A DNA stretch of 64,000 nt from Cyanidioschyzon merolae (lineage: Eukaryota). Within the stretch, counting starts at the first letter, position 1. The number at the start of each line of letters is the position of its first letter. Below are positions 43,636-57,471 of the stretch, piece by piece. The stretch is from the NCBI GenBank assembly GCA_000091205.1, contig AP006497.2; one strand, 5' to 3'. The notes under the pieces are model-generated. The model ran no database searches. It worked only from the letters and a program-made list of their open reading frames with translations, and was not told where the DNA came from. The position numbers and the translations under genes are program-made.

Positions 43636-45709
43636 AGCGTGCACGTTGCATAGGCTTGAGGATCCAAATTATAGGCGAGCAGCAAGCGCTATGAATGCCC
43701 TGTTCATATAAATGCGTGATGCATGCTGCAGCAAAAGTGAAACCGGGCATGGATGCGGCATGTCGACTCTTGCGTGCTCCTCACACAACTGAGTTTGATC
43801 AGACTCCTGAATAGCCCGGGCGAAAGTTGCGCTCTCTTGAGTAGAGGAACTGGCGAATCGATTAGGGTCCAAGTTCACCCTTGAAATTTAGCTCAGTACT
43901 CACAGCTCAGCTCGCACTCGTTGCAGTCGCCTTTCTTGGGCCATCATGGAGCATTGATGAGTCTCGCCACTCTTCATCTGGCGCGCGTTCCCTGTCAGTG
44001 GCGCGAATACGTACCTGACCTCCTTCGCGGGCAAGAGCGCGATCTAGCAATGAAGCGGTGCGTTTCCGTGGATTGGTCGCCGGATTCATGGACCCTGCGT
44101 GTTCCATCCGCTGACGGAAACGCGTTTCCATTCTTTCAAGAATCTCGATTCGGAGCGTGGGTTTAGCAGCGCAAAATCAGCGCTCGTCGTCGGTCTGAGC
44201 GCCCGCAAACCAGTTTCCGCAGCGTGCCAGCGACGTGGAACAACACGCGTGAGGGATTCGACGGTCAGGTCCAAGTCTTGGGACAGGAAGTCCCGTCGAA
44301 GCTCCCAAAGCATTGTATTTTATCCGTTACAGTGGTAGCCACCGACGCATCTGCATGCAGCTTTGGCCAGGAGGGCGCTTCCGGCGTACGCACCATCTAT
44401 CTGAAAGGTGGCATTCAGGCTTGGCCACCACCATTGCACGACTAAATTGGCGAAAGCATCTTCTGATGTGCCGTATCAAAGCTCTGTTACTTTTCGCCCA
44501 TGCCAGGGGTACCCCGTCGGGCGCACATGCTTCGATGCCCCTGATCCGTGAGCATGTTTGAACTCGATGTTCAGGGAGACAAATACCGAAGCTGAAATAC
44601 TGCTGTTGCGACCATGTCGCTGTTGACGGTTGTATCCGGCACTGGTGACCTTGGCGGCGTCGGAAGCTCGCACTGAACCGGAATTCTTGGATGCACGATT
44701 GCCGTTTGCTGCTATGAGAGCGAGCCAAACAGGCCGGTCAGGCCTTTAGGATCTAAGATGCATGCATAGAACCATTAGACTCAGACGCTAGGTCACGTTT
44801 TGCATCCTGGAAACAGAGCGAAAGAGGTCTGAGTGATAGCTAGGGTCTGAGATTCACGCAGCTAACCAGAATACTCGAATACTCGATTGCTGTTTGCATG
44901 CGGGAAGGGGACCCCGGAGGCTTGTTGAGTATTGAGGCAGTAAGAGTCATGAATCTTACGAGAATCCTCGGATACACAAGTACTGTTTGCGGACAGCGGC
45001 CTAGAATCACCGCTCTTTTCCCGCGGAGCCGCCTCGATATGCAAGGTGCATTCCACGCGCTATAAAGAGTGCGTTGATCGAATGCCGTTAAATGAGGCGT
45101 GCAAATGCCGGATACTGGACCTTTCTTTTGTCAAGATGAGCACGGAAACATCTGGTTAGTAATGTCAAACATGAATATAGCAATCTGTTTCTACATCGAA
45201 AGCCGCGAGTCAGCAACGCAGCATGCTCGTTGCTGCGGACGGGGGTTTATTTTAGTGAGGCGTAGAACACATGCTACGCAGATCATGGACGTCGCTATCA
45301 TTGGCATTACCATCTTGACATCCTGCATAAAAGTAAGTTGCATTCAGTTGGCGGCCTCTCTATTTCCAAGAGCACGATCACGGTCCGGCAGGAAGTTGTA
45401 GGCGCTAAAGTGGTGGTCAATTCTCTCCGATCGCATTCAACTTCGCTGTTTCGCAACACGCCGTCCATGTTGTAGAGTCTTTACTAGCCTTAATCTCTTG
45501 TCTTTAAAAGACGGTTTGCAGGCAAGTTATCAGGTGGCAAAGTCACCTGTCTGTGTTGGAAACGACAATTTGCCGTCGAAGGTGGCGGAGCGTTGCTTCT
45601 AGATATTACGAACGGAAACAAATACCTCCCTTCTTGCCAGAGATCACACTGGAGGTAGAAAAACGCTTTCTCCGTTCCTGCTACGAATCTGCAGCCCCTG
45701 CTGGCTCCG

Positions 45710-48700
45710 ATGCTAACACGAAGCTTGCTTGCGGTCACGGCTAGCGTCAAATATAGAGCACCTTTTGCCAGCAGGTGTCCGTTGGGCAGCAGCCCGTGTC
45801 ACTGCGTTCTCCGTCCAAGAATACTCCGATTTTTTGCTCTAGATCGCAATCAGGATGGTTCGCAACTAAGAAGTTCAACGCCCTTACTGCGGCACTGGGA
45901 GAGGATCAGGCGTAGATATCCCCAACACATTCTTTTATACCAAGTTGGCGACTTCTTTGAGTGTTTTAAGGAAGATGCTGTTACGCTCTCCGAGACGCTC
46001 GGCATAACGCTTACCCGCCGTGGCGTCGGCAAAGACGCGACTCCCATGGCGGGCATTCCTGTTCGCTCTTTGGACGCTCACTTGCATCGCCTTGTACAAG
46101 CGGGACATCGAGTAGCCTTATGCGAGCAAGTTGAGCCAGCCTCGTCAGGGAGTCGCCGCCTCATAGATCGGCGTGTAACACGCCTTGTAACACCGGGAAC
46201 TCTGGTGGAGTCTATCCAGCAAGCCAATGAGAATAATTACCTTGTAGCGGTTTCCTTGCCGGCGAACTCAGCTTTGGACGGGAATGAAGCGAACAACGCC
46301 ACGTGTCGCATAGCTCTGGATCGTACAAGCGCATCAAATCAATTGGACACGACATATCTAAGCGAAGTGCATGATGCATGCGTCTATTATGGCGTTGCCT
46401 GGGTAGATTTGAGCACCGGACAGGAGGTTCAGTGCAGCCTCGAGAGCTTCGAGACGATTGGCGAATGCCTCAGTAGGCTCCAGCCGCGAGAGATTCTCGT
46501 GCGGGGAACTCTTCCTGATGATGCAGAGGCTTGTTTCGCATACACCCTGCTGCGCAGAGTAGTTTCAGATAAGTGCCTCATGACCTGCCATGATGAGCGC
46601 TTCCGATACCAGCTCCCAGACCAGACTGGAAATGGAACCTTGACCCCCCAGGAACGACGCGCTGTCGAAACCTTGTTTTCCTACATCGAGCAAACACGCA
46701 ATCCAATGGAGGACAATGCTGAGGGCGTCGCATCCTCTGCTGAGAGACTGTTATGCCTGCGACCGTTGCCATTAGAACTCTGGCCAATCGTACGGCGCTT
46801 TGACGCCGGAGGTTTCATGCGCATCGATGCTTCTACACGGCGAGCTCTAGAGCTGCACAGATCCCTGCGAGACCCGTACTCGCGCAGAGGCTCACTATTG
46901 GCTGCTATCGACGCTACCGTGACGGCGCCAGGTGCTCGTCTGCTTTCGCTGCGACTTGCGTGCCCTTTGGTGGATTCGGCCGCCATCGAGCGCCGGCTTG
47001 ACGCGGTGGAGTTTTTCGTGAAGCACCGTGCAATAGCGCGCGAAACGCGAAGGAGCCTCCAGCACGTGCTCGATATTGAACGAATCGTTCAGCGAATCTT
47101 TCTCACAACTGGGCAAGCGGTTCGAGAGGGCCGCTTCACGGACTTTGAAAGAGTAGAAAATACGAACGAGCATTTGTTGAGCTCGCCCGCAATTGCCCGT
47201 ATACAAAATTTGATTCGGGACCTTGTTGCCCTAGGTGAAAGCCTGGGGCATGCCCAGCGTCTACGTGATCATATCTGGAAACGCTTTGCTTCAAAGGAGA
47301 GCCATCATGACCCGTGTTTCGAGGCCGTCCAGCGACAAATGGATCGCATTCGCTGTGACAACATTTATAATGTTTTATCAACCGCCCTGGAGGGTGTCTT
47401 GGGTCCAGGCACGACAGTCGTTGGCGTTTCACCTCCAGATTCGGAAGCACGGGTGCGTTCCGGAGACATCACGTGGCCTCCGGACTCGAACGCGGATGGT
47501 CAGGAAGCACGAACATCAGACGGTACCCGAGCTGCGGCTACTGGCCCAGCAAGCACTCAAGCAGGGGCGATACGTCCAGGATACTCTGCGGAGCTTGATG
47601 CAGCAGTGGTAGAGTACGAGCGCAGCTTGCAAGCAGTGGGTGCACTCGAACAGGTGTATCGTGAGGTGCTAGGTCTGAAAACTCTCAAAGTTAGAAGCAA
47701 TAATCTGTTAGGATGGCACCTGGAACTAACCCGAAGAGAGGCCAGCCGCCATCAGCTGTTCCAAAAGGCCCAAACTCACGGCAAGTGGGAGCCACTCGGG
47801 CTCCCCGTATCCGCTGCTAATCCATCGCCCTCTGATATTGATCATCACAACGTGCCTTCCTTGATGATGCGGAACAAACTTACTGATGATGCTGTTAGAC
47901 GAATCAATGAGACCCAACACACTGTTCGATTTCGAAGTAGATTATTGGAACACTATGTGGCCAATCGTCTTCAAGCTGAGGCGCGCTTCCTCCGTATTCA
48001 GCAGAACATCCTACTCGAACTGACTCATCGGTGTGCAGGCGACCCACATGCACGTGAGCAAATACGTGAAACTGTCGCAGCGTTGAGCGAGCTCGATGTC
48101 GCAGCAGCGCTTGCTCAGGTCGCTCATGAACACAACTATTGCAGGCCAGTTCTGCATCGACCTGCTTCGGAGAAACCTCGCTACATGATTCGCATCGAGA
48201 ATGGCCGACACCCAACGGTTGAAAGAGCAGTGCGGAATTTCGTTCCGAATTCTTGCTATTTGGAGATCGCTGAGGATAGCAAGATCGCGTCTCCTTCTCT
48301 GCTCGTGCTGACCGCAGCGAATGCTTCAGGAAAATCCACATTTTTACGACAGATTGCTCTTATAACGATTCTGGCACAGACCGGGAGTTTCGTGCCGGCT
48401 GATCATTGCGAATTACATCCTGCAGATAGAGTTTTCGCCCGCGTCGGTGCCGCATCAGGTGATGATCTTCTCTCTGCGCGTAGCACGTTCTTCCTCGAGA
48501 TGGAGGAGACGGCGGCAGTACTGCAAAAAGCTACGCGACAATCCCTAGTCGTTCTGGACGAAGTCGGTCGAGGAACGTCCGGCGAGGACGGGCTCGCAAT
48601 TTGTGAGGCCGTTGCAACGGCTCTTGCCCCCCGGTGCCGCACCATACTCGCCACCCATTATCTCGAAATACCGCGTAGAATTCTGGAGAGAACGCACCCT

Positions 48701-48919
48701 GCTGCAAAACACACCAGGTGCTTCACCGCGAAAGTCGAGCACGATGCCACGAAACGGGCGCTCAAGTTCTCCTATCGACTCAGCGAAGGAGCAGCAAGCT
48801 CCAGCTTTGGTATCGAGGTTGCACGGCTCGCCGGGGTCCCGGAGCCCGTCTTGCGTCACGCAGAAAGCATCGTCCAGTCGAGGAACGCTCAAAAGCTAGG
48901 AACTCGTTCCGGCAGCTGA
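45710..48919 (+). CDS. MutS-family DNA mismatch repair ATPase with an N-terminal organellar-presequence-like extension (MSH1-like)
   Basis: Mismatch-recognition domain 'YPQHILLYQVGDFFECFKEDAVTLSETLGITLTRRG'. Walker A 'LTAANASGKSTFLRQIALITILAQTGSFVPAD'. 'STFFLEMEETAAVL' and 'LVVLDEVGRGTSGEDGLAI'. 1069 aa. Confidence 0.88.
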   Translation: MLTRSLLAVTASVKYRAPFASRCPLGSSPCHCVLRPRILRFFALDRNQDGSQLRSSTPLLRHWERIRRRYPQHILLYQVGDFFECFKEDAVTLSETLGITLTRRGVGKDATPMAGIPVRSLDAHLHRLVQAGHRVALCEQVEPASSGSRRLIDRRVTRLVTPGTLVESIQQANENNYLVAVSLPANSALDGNEANNATCRIALDRTSASNQLDTTYLSEVHDACVYYGVAWVDLSTGQEVQCSLESFETIGECLSRLQPREILVRGTLPDDAEACFAYTLLRRVVSDKCLMTCHDERFRYQLPDQTGNGTLTPQERRAVETLFSYIEQTRNPMEDNAEGVASSAERLLCLRPLPLELWPIVRRFDAGGFMRIDASTRRALELHRSLRDPYSRRGSLLAAIDATVTAPGARLLSLRLACPLVDSAAIERRLDAVEFFVKHRAIARETRRSLQHVLDIERIVQRIFLTTGQAVREGRFTDFERVENTNEHLLSSPAIARIQNLIRDLVALGESLGHAQRLRDHIWKRFASKESHHDPCFEAVQRQMDRIRCDNIYNVLSTALEGVLGPGTTVVGVSPPDSEARVRSGDITWPPDSNADGQEARTSDGTRAAATGPASTQAGAIRPGYSAELDAAVVEYERSLQAVGALEQVYREVLGLKTLKVRSNNLLGWHLELTRREASRHQLFQKAQTHGKWEPLGLPVSAANPSPSDIDHHNVPSLMMRNKLTDDAVRRINETQHTVRFRSRLLEHYVANRLQAEARFLRIQQNILLELTHRCAGDPHAREQIRETVAALSELDVAAALAQVAHEHNYCRPVLHRPASEKPRYMIRIENGRHPTVERAVRNFVPNSCYLEIAEDSKIASPSLLVLTAANASGKSTFLRQIALITILAQTGSFVPADHCELHPADRVFARVGAASGDDLLSARSTFFLEMEETAAVLQKATRQSLVVLDEVGRGTSGEDGLAICEAVATALAPRCRTILATHYLEIPRRILERTHPAAKHTRCFTAKVEHDATKRALKFSYRLSEGAASSSFGIEVARLAGVPEPVLRHAESIVQSRNAQKLGTRSGS

Positions 48920-51900
48920 GTGCGCGGTAGTGCTCGGCTCCGTCTCTGCACCGTGGTGCTCGGCGCCTTTCAAGAACGGCTTACTGAAACGAGGGTTCAC
49001 CGACCTGCGATAGTCCTCTTCCCCAACTCTGCCGTAATATCCAGCTAAAAATAGAACGACACCGAAACCTATGGCGAAAGGATATGTTTCCGGTTTACGG
49101 ACCTCCGAAATCACTGCTCGAAAGTACTGCCACGACATGATTAAGAAGGGAGCGCCACAGCCAACTACAAGTGCGGATCGTAGGAGCGAATGTTCGAGCG
49201 AATCGCCCCAACCCGTCGTGCATGCTCGGCCTGCCTATGTCCTTTATGTATATTTATGTCCAAAAGCATGGACAAGTAATGGATGCGCTCCAGAATCAGA
49301 GAATTCCACGAGTGACGCTTTTTCATGTGAAACGAGCGAAATGGACCGGACGGTCCCAACATACTGCGAAGCTCGAGCGCATTTCTTGGTGCGCCAGAAA
49401 CGGAACCTTACTGATTTGCCGCACATCGCAGGTAGAAGTTGCATTGCGCTTATCTACTCCTCGTGAGAGGTGCCCGCACGAGCTCATCGGGCCGTTCAGG
49501 TGGACAAGTACCGCGCTGTGAACGGCTCTAATTGGTGAAGCCTGACAAAGAGCGACATAGACCGGTTGGTTACGAGGTCAGCCGCTTTATACGCATGGCA
49601 GGATGTTCTGAAATAGGCCTAACAGCACGTTTCATTGTTTTTGCTCGTTTTCTTGCATGTGTTCAACAAAAGTAATGGATCCTGTACATTGGAGCGAGGT
49701 CGCAGAAAGACTTGATGCTTTCATTTCTCGTTCGCGACAAGTTGCTTTAATCTTCAAGTCAATCAGTCTCCGTTCATGAGCAAGATGAATCTTCCTACTC
49801 GTGGTACCCGTACTGGACTTCGTGCATCCAAATAAAGGACTAATAAGACTCTGTGTAAACGACGGTTTCCCCTGCAACCCTCTCCACTCTATGAATTTGC
49901 TGAAAAGTATTATAAAAAATGTGCAGGATGTCACGTTACCGACTTGTTGATACGAACGGCAATGAAGAGACGCGGATACTCGCTGGAAATGGCGCGCCTG
50001 CCTGGGAGATGGTAGCGCGTTGAACAAAACGCTTTCGGTCTCGTCAGGAGTCTCGAACATATGTCTCAAGGGCGACTGATATTCCTCTGGCTTGATGAAA
50101 CTTTATTCGGGGAGGTGTGGTAGACCTGTATATGGATATTCAAAGAAGGCAAACCGTTGTTCGTAAACAAGAGACAATTGACTGGGAGGACAACATCAGC
50201 TCGTAAGAAGATTCAATCGTATAGTCGCCTACAATTGCCTGAAGGGCTGGATCGTTCACCAACTCTTCCATCCTTGCAGCAAGTCGTGGCTCTTCTTTGC
50301 GTATTTCTTCTGTCCAGGTCTTAGACAACCTCGCTTTCAATCCTTGAAGAACGGCCGAGGAGAGCGCGGCTGAGACTGGCGTCGAGATGCTCGTCGTGTC
50401 ACTTTGTTCTTCCAGGTTCAATCCAGCCGGTGGCATCTTCCCTGATATCGAGCTTCATTTTTATGCTAATGGACCAACAGATGAGTTCTTAACATCCTCG
50501 CCAACGTTCTTCGGCATATCCTCTTCTACCGTTACCAGCCCTGAACTGCTGTACTGCTCCTTTGCTAGGTCGTGGGAAGCATGGTAAAGGTGCGATTCAG
50601 TCAGTGGTCGTGCCAGCGACGGAAAAAGTACCGAGCTCGAATTCTACAATAGTAGATTCATTTCTTGATAGAGAGAGCATCGGGCCCAGTATCCATCCAG
50701 TGCATTTGAGCCCTGAGGAAAAACGCACGAATATAGAGTATAAAGACCAAATCTATGAAACCCCGCCGAGCAAATGAGGAGGCGGACACACTTTCAGACG
50801 AAAAAAAAGAATGATCCCCCTTCTCTCAAACGCGGACGAGGGCGGACGGGAAGTATACATCCTCAGAGCGCAAAGATCCGTCTGAGACAATTTTCACGAT
50901 CCTTTACTATAACACGTCAACGGGAAGAATCCTCCATTAAGTGAGTTGCCGGAAGCCAAGCAGGATCGCCTGGCTCCTTACTCGATGGAGGTTCAGCTTG
51001 CTTCCCTCGCTATGGGACATCTCATCGAGTACCTGGGTGTATCAGTTCCGGGCTCACGACTAACAGCTGTCCTCGTTCGTTTGGTATATTCTGTCTAAAC
51101 TTCCTGCGACATCTGATGCTAGGGCCAGGAGAAACAACGCAGCCGAAACGAAGGATCAGCGGGTTGCAGGGAAGCTTCCTGGAACACTTTGACGGATGAC
51201 CGTGCCGCGTCACCATCACGACCTCAACAGCGCAGGAGCCAGGAATATCAGACCTGCCTCAAAAATCGTATCGGGATCACTCCCGTGCGTTACATGTGAT
51301 ATACCCTGTAGAGGTTGTAACCGTATTTCGCTCACCTTAGAGGCACAGAAAAAGGCGGACTCAGGGAAGGAATCTTAGAGGTTTCGATGGATGTACGTGA
51401 TGATCAGATGGTGCCGGAATAGATCGAAATGATAACGACTTGTAATAAGGCGCCTGATTGAGAGCAAGGGTCGCCTCAGATCGTACAAACCCGTCGTGTT
51501 GTTTCAGGCCTCGGCCCGAAGGACCCCGTTCCCATAGTATGGATGAAACCTGATGTCAGAAGTCCATGCATATTGCGCTACAATTTTTCCTAAATAGAGC
51601 GCTCCAGGGCGAAAGATTCCATTCCAGAATGCGGGCGCCCTCGCCGTTCAAGCTTGTACTCGGTATGGTCCGCATTCGTCATATCTATGCCGACTATATC
51701 GCTGTAGACGTTTGGCTTCCGTACTGTATGGCTTCCTGGCCGCAACAGTTTGTCTCTGCGAGCGCGCTCGAAGCTTTCGAACAACTTCGCGAAGAGCATC
51801 AACAGATATCGTATAAGACTTCTCGTTGACATGGGGAAATGGAAATTAGTTACAGGGACGACAGAGGTCGACTGAACACAAAGCTACATGCATTTTAGGA

Positions 51901-53254
51901 AACTTAGACGTGGGTCGCGCAGCGAGACCTCATTCCAGAATTTCGAGGTAGATGATCGGACAGATTTCATTTTGCACGCGCACTTGGGGTTGAAAAACAT
52001 CATGGCTGTCGCCCGACATCTCAGTCCAAAGGACGAGGTAAAAGACTTGAACTGATGGCTCATGAAGCTGCTCAAATTTTCCAGGGCATCGCAAGATCGA
52101 CATTTGGGCATGATGGACGCCCGGAGACTACCCGCAAGTGGAATGGCGGCTTCAGGCATATCTCAGCATTCTGTGCGCCGGGTCGAGCAGATGAGAGGAC
52201 TTGGTACGCTTCATTCAGAGAGAACATAAGCATCCGAATGGCTCACGCGGACCGTCTCTGACATGGGTGCATGAGATCGCGCTGGTGCTTCTAAAATTTT
52301 CGGACGCAGGGAGCCAAGAATTGATAATTCGAGGACCTTTTCAATCGGTTAGAAAAGGAACTGCGTGATGAGTTGCGTCATTTGATGAGAGCCTGTGGTG
52401 CTCGGCGTGCTGCTGCGCGGAAAGGCCGTACTCGTGGTCCTTCGAGGAGAGCATGGGTGAAGCACGGGAACCGATTCAGCTCGATGTCCACTGATAAATG
52501 CAGAACGATACTCACATCAGAGTTACGTGTGCATGCCGGAACTACTAGAGAAGAAGAAGAAAGTGAAAGAGATACGTATACACGAGATGGTGTCTAGTAG
52601 GCCGACGGAACGTCAACTGGCGATTCAATCGAAAGCGAGACACCTGCTCTGGTTCGATTCCACCAGCGACCTCGCGGGCGAGCATCCTCTGCACCCAGAC
52701 TTGAGTGCCCCTGTCAACGTAGGAAAGTATCTCGTGCTTCGGGAGCGTGCAGTAGCTTTCTTTCAAGCCGACATTCGAATAAATCGTTTGGAACTGGATG
52801 TGGACATTAAGCTGTGTCGCTAAATAGTTCCGATGAAAAAATCAGCGGCTAGGAGAAGGGAATTGGATTCCCACTCAGAGCAAAGCAAACGTGAGTGACG
52901 TTTCCGCAACACAGCATGAGTTGAGCGCCATGTGCCTACACGGGGAGCCGTTTTACTGGGCAATCGGTTAGCGACAACAGGGTTCCATTTTCCGATATTA
53001 CAGAGCATACGGCAGTGTAAAACGCCAAAGCCCAAATTTTTCCGCGTCCTGCTGACGTGCTGTCAGGGATAGACCAGGGCTGTTCGTTGTTGATCTGTGC
53101 TCCAGTGCGATGCATGCCTCTCCTTGACGGAAGCTATTCGAGGTTCGCGCCAGGAACGGACACAAGCCCCGGGGAAAAGACGGTGGAGTAGCGTACCCCG
53201 GTATCGACGCCCCGGCGACGCATGGAACGGCACCCAGTGTGATGGGATCGTCGC

Positions 53255-54337
53255 GTGCGCAACGCGCGCAACGTAGTATGCCACGCTTTTCAAGTCGGGA
53301 GCGGCACACTGAAAGAAAGCGCTGAAGTTTTGGCCCCCAAGGGCACCAAAAGCGCTCCGCTGCTCGTCATGGCGGGAGATGCAGCGCGTGCAGCTCCGCA
53401 AACTGGTAAAGAGCGACCGCCACCGAGGTTCATAGAAGTTTTCCACGACAACCTTGAGCGAGAGCTTGACGTAATTTCGTCACTTGTTGCGCTTGGCAAG
53501 TACAAGTTGGTTGCCATGGATGCAGAGTTCCCTGGCGTCGTCGTGCGACCTCTTGGAAACTTTGACTCACCAGAGGACTTTCAGTACCAGACCATTAGGT
53601 GCAATGTCGACCTTTTGAAGGTTATTCAAATTGGGATCTGCCTGGCCGACACGGAGGGCAGTCTGCCAACGACAGAGGAAGCGCCCGCCGGCAACGTATG
53701 GCAGTTCAACTTCGAGTTCTCTCTCGCACGTGATATCTATGCACAGAGCTCCGTAGAGATGCTTCAGGAAGCTGGAATCAAGTTCGACGTGCTTCAAGAG
53801 CGCGGCATCGATCCGATCTATTTTGGAGAGCTCCTGATCACATCTGGGCTCGTAATGAATCCGGATGTAACCTGGATTACGTTTCATTCAGGATATGACT
53901 TTGGTTATCTGGTGAAGACATGCACAGCAGACTTGATGCCCGCGACAAGGCAAGCGTTCTACGAGCTTCTTAGCATTCTTTTCCCAAACTTTTTGGATAT
54001 CAAGAGTTTCATGCCGTCTCTGCAGCTGCATGGCGGCCTCAATAAACTTGCAGAGACGCTGCGAGTGCGTCGACATGGCCCCGCACATCAAGCGGCAAGT
54101 GATGCGCTGCTCACGCTGGATGTTTTCAACCGTTTGGCGAGAGTGCATGCGAACTTTATTGCGTTCGATCAATTTCTCAACAAACTATACGGGCTAAGCT
54201 TTCCGACCAGCGTAGACGTGACCAACACAAGCATGCAGGCTCAGCCTCAGAACGCGCTGGAGATGAATGCGTTGCTGGAGGATACAGACCGAATACGCTC
54301 GGAAGATGGGTCAGGTTTCGCAAAGCCCGCGGTCTGA
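53255..54337 (+). CDS. CCR4-NOT complex CAF1/POP2-type deadenylase (DEDDh exonuclease). The start is probably the internal Met near 53369.
   Basis: 'VAMDAEFPGVVVRPLGNF...YQTIRCNVDLLKVIQIGI...ITFHSGYDFGYLVK...' matches the CAF1 family DEDD motifs. Confidence 0.88.
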   Translation: MRNARNVVCHAFQVGSGTLKESAEVLAPKGTKSAPLLVMAGDAARAAPQTGKERPPPRFIEVFHDNLERELDVISSLVALGKYKLVAMDAEFPGVVVRPLGNFDSPEDFQYQTIRCNVDLLKVIQIGICLADTEGSLPTTEEAPAGNVWQFNFEFSLARDIYAQSSVEMLQEAGIKFDVLQERGIDPIYFGELLITSGLVMNPDVTWITFHSGYDFGYLVKTCTADLMPATRQAFYELLSILFPNFLDIKSFMPSLQLHGGLNKLAETLRVRRHGPAHQAASDALLTLDVFNRLARVHANFIAFDQFLNKLYGLSFPTSVDVTNTSMQAQPQNALEMNALLEDTDRIRSEDGSGFAKPAV

Positions 54338-56999
54338 GCGTCTCGAGACCTGTTGAGCTTCGTTATGGCGAGATTCATGCCTGCAAATATATGTTAGAAA
54401 TGTTTCTAACGAAATATGCGCAGTTGAAGCCATAAGCTTGAGTTTTGACTGGAGCCAGAAGATAGAAACAAAGGCGCTGGTTACCGCAGCAAGCCTGAAT
54501 ATGCATTTGTGACCTGATTTTTCTGAGCTGTATTCTCTAGGTGCGCTGCGTCCGTATGCGATTTTTCAGCTGCGACATTTCCGGCGATGGGCGCGGAGTG
54601 TGTGTGACCGAGTTAAAAATCAGCGTGGCAACAGATTCCGTTCGAAACTTGTAGAAGGAAGAAACTCATTGTGAAGAATCGGTAGAGGAACAGCAGGGGG
54701 GTGGATGGCGCGTATGAGCTTTGAAACGGTGTGCGATGCAGCTCCCAAACAAGCACAATACTTAATCCAATCGGCTGGATCGCTTGGCTTCACAAGCTTT
54801 CGCAAAAAGCTTGGAATGGACACTGAACAGGATTCACCAAATCGTGGTGGACGAAAGCAGCCTCGTGTTCCAAACACAAATGTTCGCAGTTTTAAGGTAA
54901 CATGTCGTACATGTAAGCAGAATTCTATGCCGAATGATAAACTCGACACCTGTAGGAAAATGGCAGGGCACGTAAGCAGTCTCATATGCGTAAGGAGAGG
55001 GTTGTCACTTTGAAGAAATAGATTGTTTGACGAAAGCAGGTTTGGGTGCTATATGCTAGGCTTGAAATTTTAAGGAACTAGATCGTGGACAGATTCTGTC
55101 TTGTTCACCAAGGGGGAAGCGGAACATTTTGAGGAAAGAGATAAGATCGTCAAGACGAAACAGATGTCTCGCTGTTGGACTCGCACGATGAAAGCATACC
55201 AAGCATTGGTTTCAAAGTGCGAAACAAAACATCAGATGAGTCGCAAGCGTGGAATGCAATACCTTTGAATATGTTGTAATCTGCAAAGGGCTTCCATTCC
55301 CATGGCAGAAAAAATGGACCAGGCCCTTCGACACGAGCGCACACGCTAAAGTCTGGTTCGCTTCTCAACGTTGCCAACATCAGCTGTTGTGGATTTGTTC
55401 TGCGACTGCTTCCCTCATCTCTCTGATCTCTCCAGCTTTCAATACGCCGGTCGCTCCTGTCGCCAAGGTCCATTGTCACACGTCGACAGATGTTAATGGC
55501 AGCACGCAAGTATCGATGCCGCTGCCTACGGCTATTGTGGATGCATTTCACTCGCAGATCGTAGTTGTGATGGTACTTCGCTTGCCATTTTTGTCTTCTT
55601 CGTATACCGTCGCGATGGGTTTTCGTGACGGAGGCATATGACTGTAATCGGCGTGGTCCCGTGTACTCACCAAACCCTCTCCGGGCGCCCGGCTACGGTG
55701 CGTGAAGGCTTGCCTCATCGCTCAGTTCATGATCTTGCTGGATATAGAAGGCTCTCCTTGATGCCCTCCATTACAGCTGCGTCCGGCGCCTTACCCTAAA
55801 CTCGCGAACTTCTTCTGTTCGATCTCCTTTGCGCGTACTCTGTCCGCTGCACGTGGAAGCGCACGCTAGTCCTTTCGACGGGGGATTTGCGGAACGCGGT
55901 ATTGTATACGATTGAACCAGAACTAGAACGAAACTCCGGACTGGGGTGAAAGTCGAAAAATGTCGATCCGAGTAAGCGCCTCGCATGCAAATAGGTGACA
56001 CAGTCTGAATGAGGTGCAATCGCTGAAGTTCGAGTCCGCAACTGTTTGCCATGCAAACGGAAGCGACGAGAGCCCTTGAGAGCATATTCTATGAGCGGTA
56101 TCATGCCGATGTCGAATGCCATGTATTCTATGGCCACAAAATGATGAGGTGTTATGCTCGAATGGGGTCGATCATCAGACGTGAGAAGCTCAGTGCTGCC
56201 CTGGGCATGAGCTTATGGAGACCTGGCACCAGGAAGTCGTCTGTTCTCTATTCGTCGTCAGGCCAGCAGTGCAAATCGCTGCGCCCACGAGTTGGCTTGA
56301 GAAAGAAAGGTCGAAAACTTGAGGAACGCATGATTTGAGCATGCAACAAGTAACGGAAGGAGAAGGTTTGAGTCTTGCGTGAATGTTTTGGATCATAATA
56401 TGGTTTACTATTCGAACCCCTATTCAAAGGCGTAGGAAATCATCATGATTCTATTGACGCACCAAATTCCAGCGGCAAGTTGTGAGTGCTCAACTCCGAA
56501 ATGATCGAGCGTTTCAAAATCATCTATGACTCCATACGCCCGTATTCCTTCACTTCAAATCTTGAGGCTGAGCAACTAAAATAAGTACGGAAAATATCGA
56601 ATAGCTGAACAGAATGAGCAATTTAATATTCCATTTAAAAGCAACAAGCTGTACTTGACAAGGTCTCACGCACGAAGTAATTGAAGGGTTCTTCCAGATC
56701 TGGATAAAATGGCACTCACATCAATCGTTAGGTCGAACACCACGTCTCATTTTGCTCCGCCGATGGGTTCATGGCGAACAACACCAGTACTCTCCGTAGA
56801 AGGTGCTCTGTCGTGTCACAGTAAACACTCACATTAGGCAAGGGGATGCTACGCTATTCGAGCGACGATGTGATCTACCAGCGGAAGTCGATGTGCCCAG
56901 TGCCACCGTTGAAGTTAGACAGATGGGAGGCTAAACTTCTATTCGAAGCCTCGATTCGAGCGTATAACTTGCCAAAGTGTCGTTCTGGTCTTCCATCTC

Positions 57000-57095
57000 T
57001 ATTTTTTTCCTGGGTACTGCGGAAAGACTGACCTGGGAGAGGAATGCAGTCCCCCTAGTACTGTCCAGGAAAGAATATATCCTGCAGGCAATTCT
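57000..57095 (+). repeat. Roughly 100-bp dispersed repeat, copy I2 (solo)
   Basis: 'cctgggtactgcggaaagactgacctgggagaggaatgcagtccccctagtactgtccaggaaagaatatatcctgcaggcaattcttc'. Confidence 0.55.
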
Positions 57096-57471
57096 TCAAA
57101 GATCTATGGGCTACATCGCACACTGTTTTCGATCTCCTGCTCGATACCGTATCGGAGATGGAACAAGAGTAAGTTGGAAGACCATAAGACCGCTTTCTTT
57201 CGAGTGCTTCCTAGCAACGACATGTCGAAGCGTGATCTGGCGCGCACCAGCGCTGTGATCCTGCCAGCGAATGAGCGCGCATCGGCGCGGGTGTGCTGTC
57301 GCGGAGCGCGTCGTCCGTCGACTGCTTCCGCAGATCATTTTCCGGGGGTACACCTGGGCACGAGCTTCGAGACTCCGGTGCCATACGTGCAACACGGAAT
57401 CCTAGAAGAAAAGCGTCTGATATCCTAGGATAGGGCTGCGTATCGCTGTAAACGATTCTGTCAATCTTTCC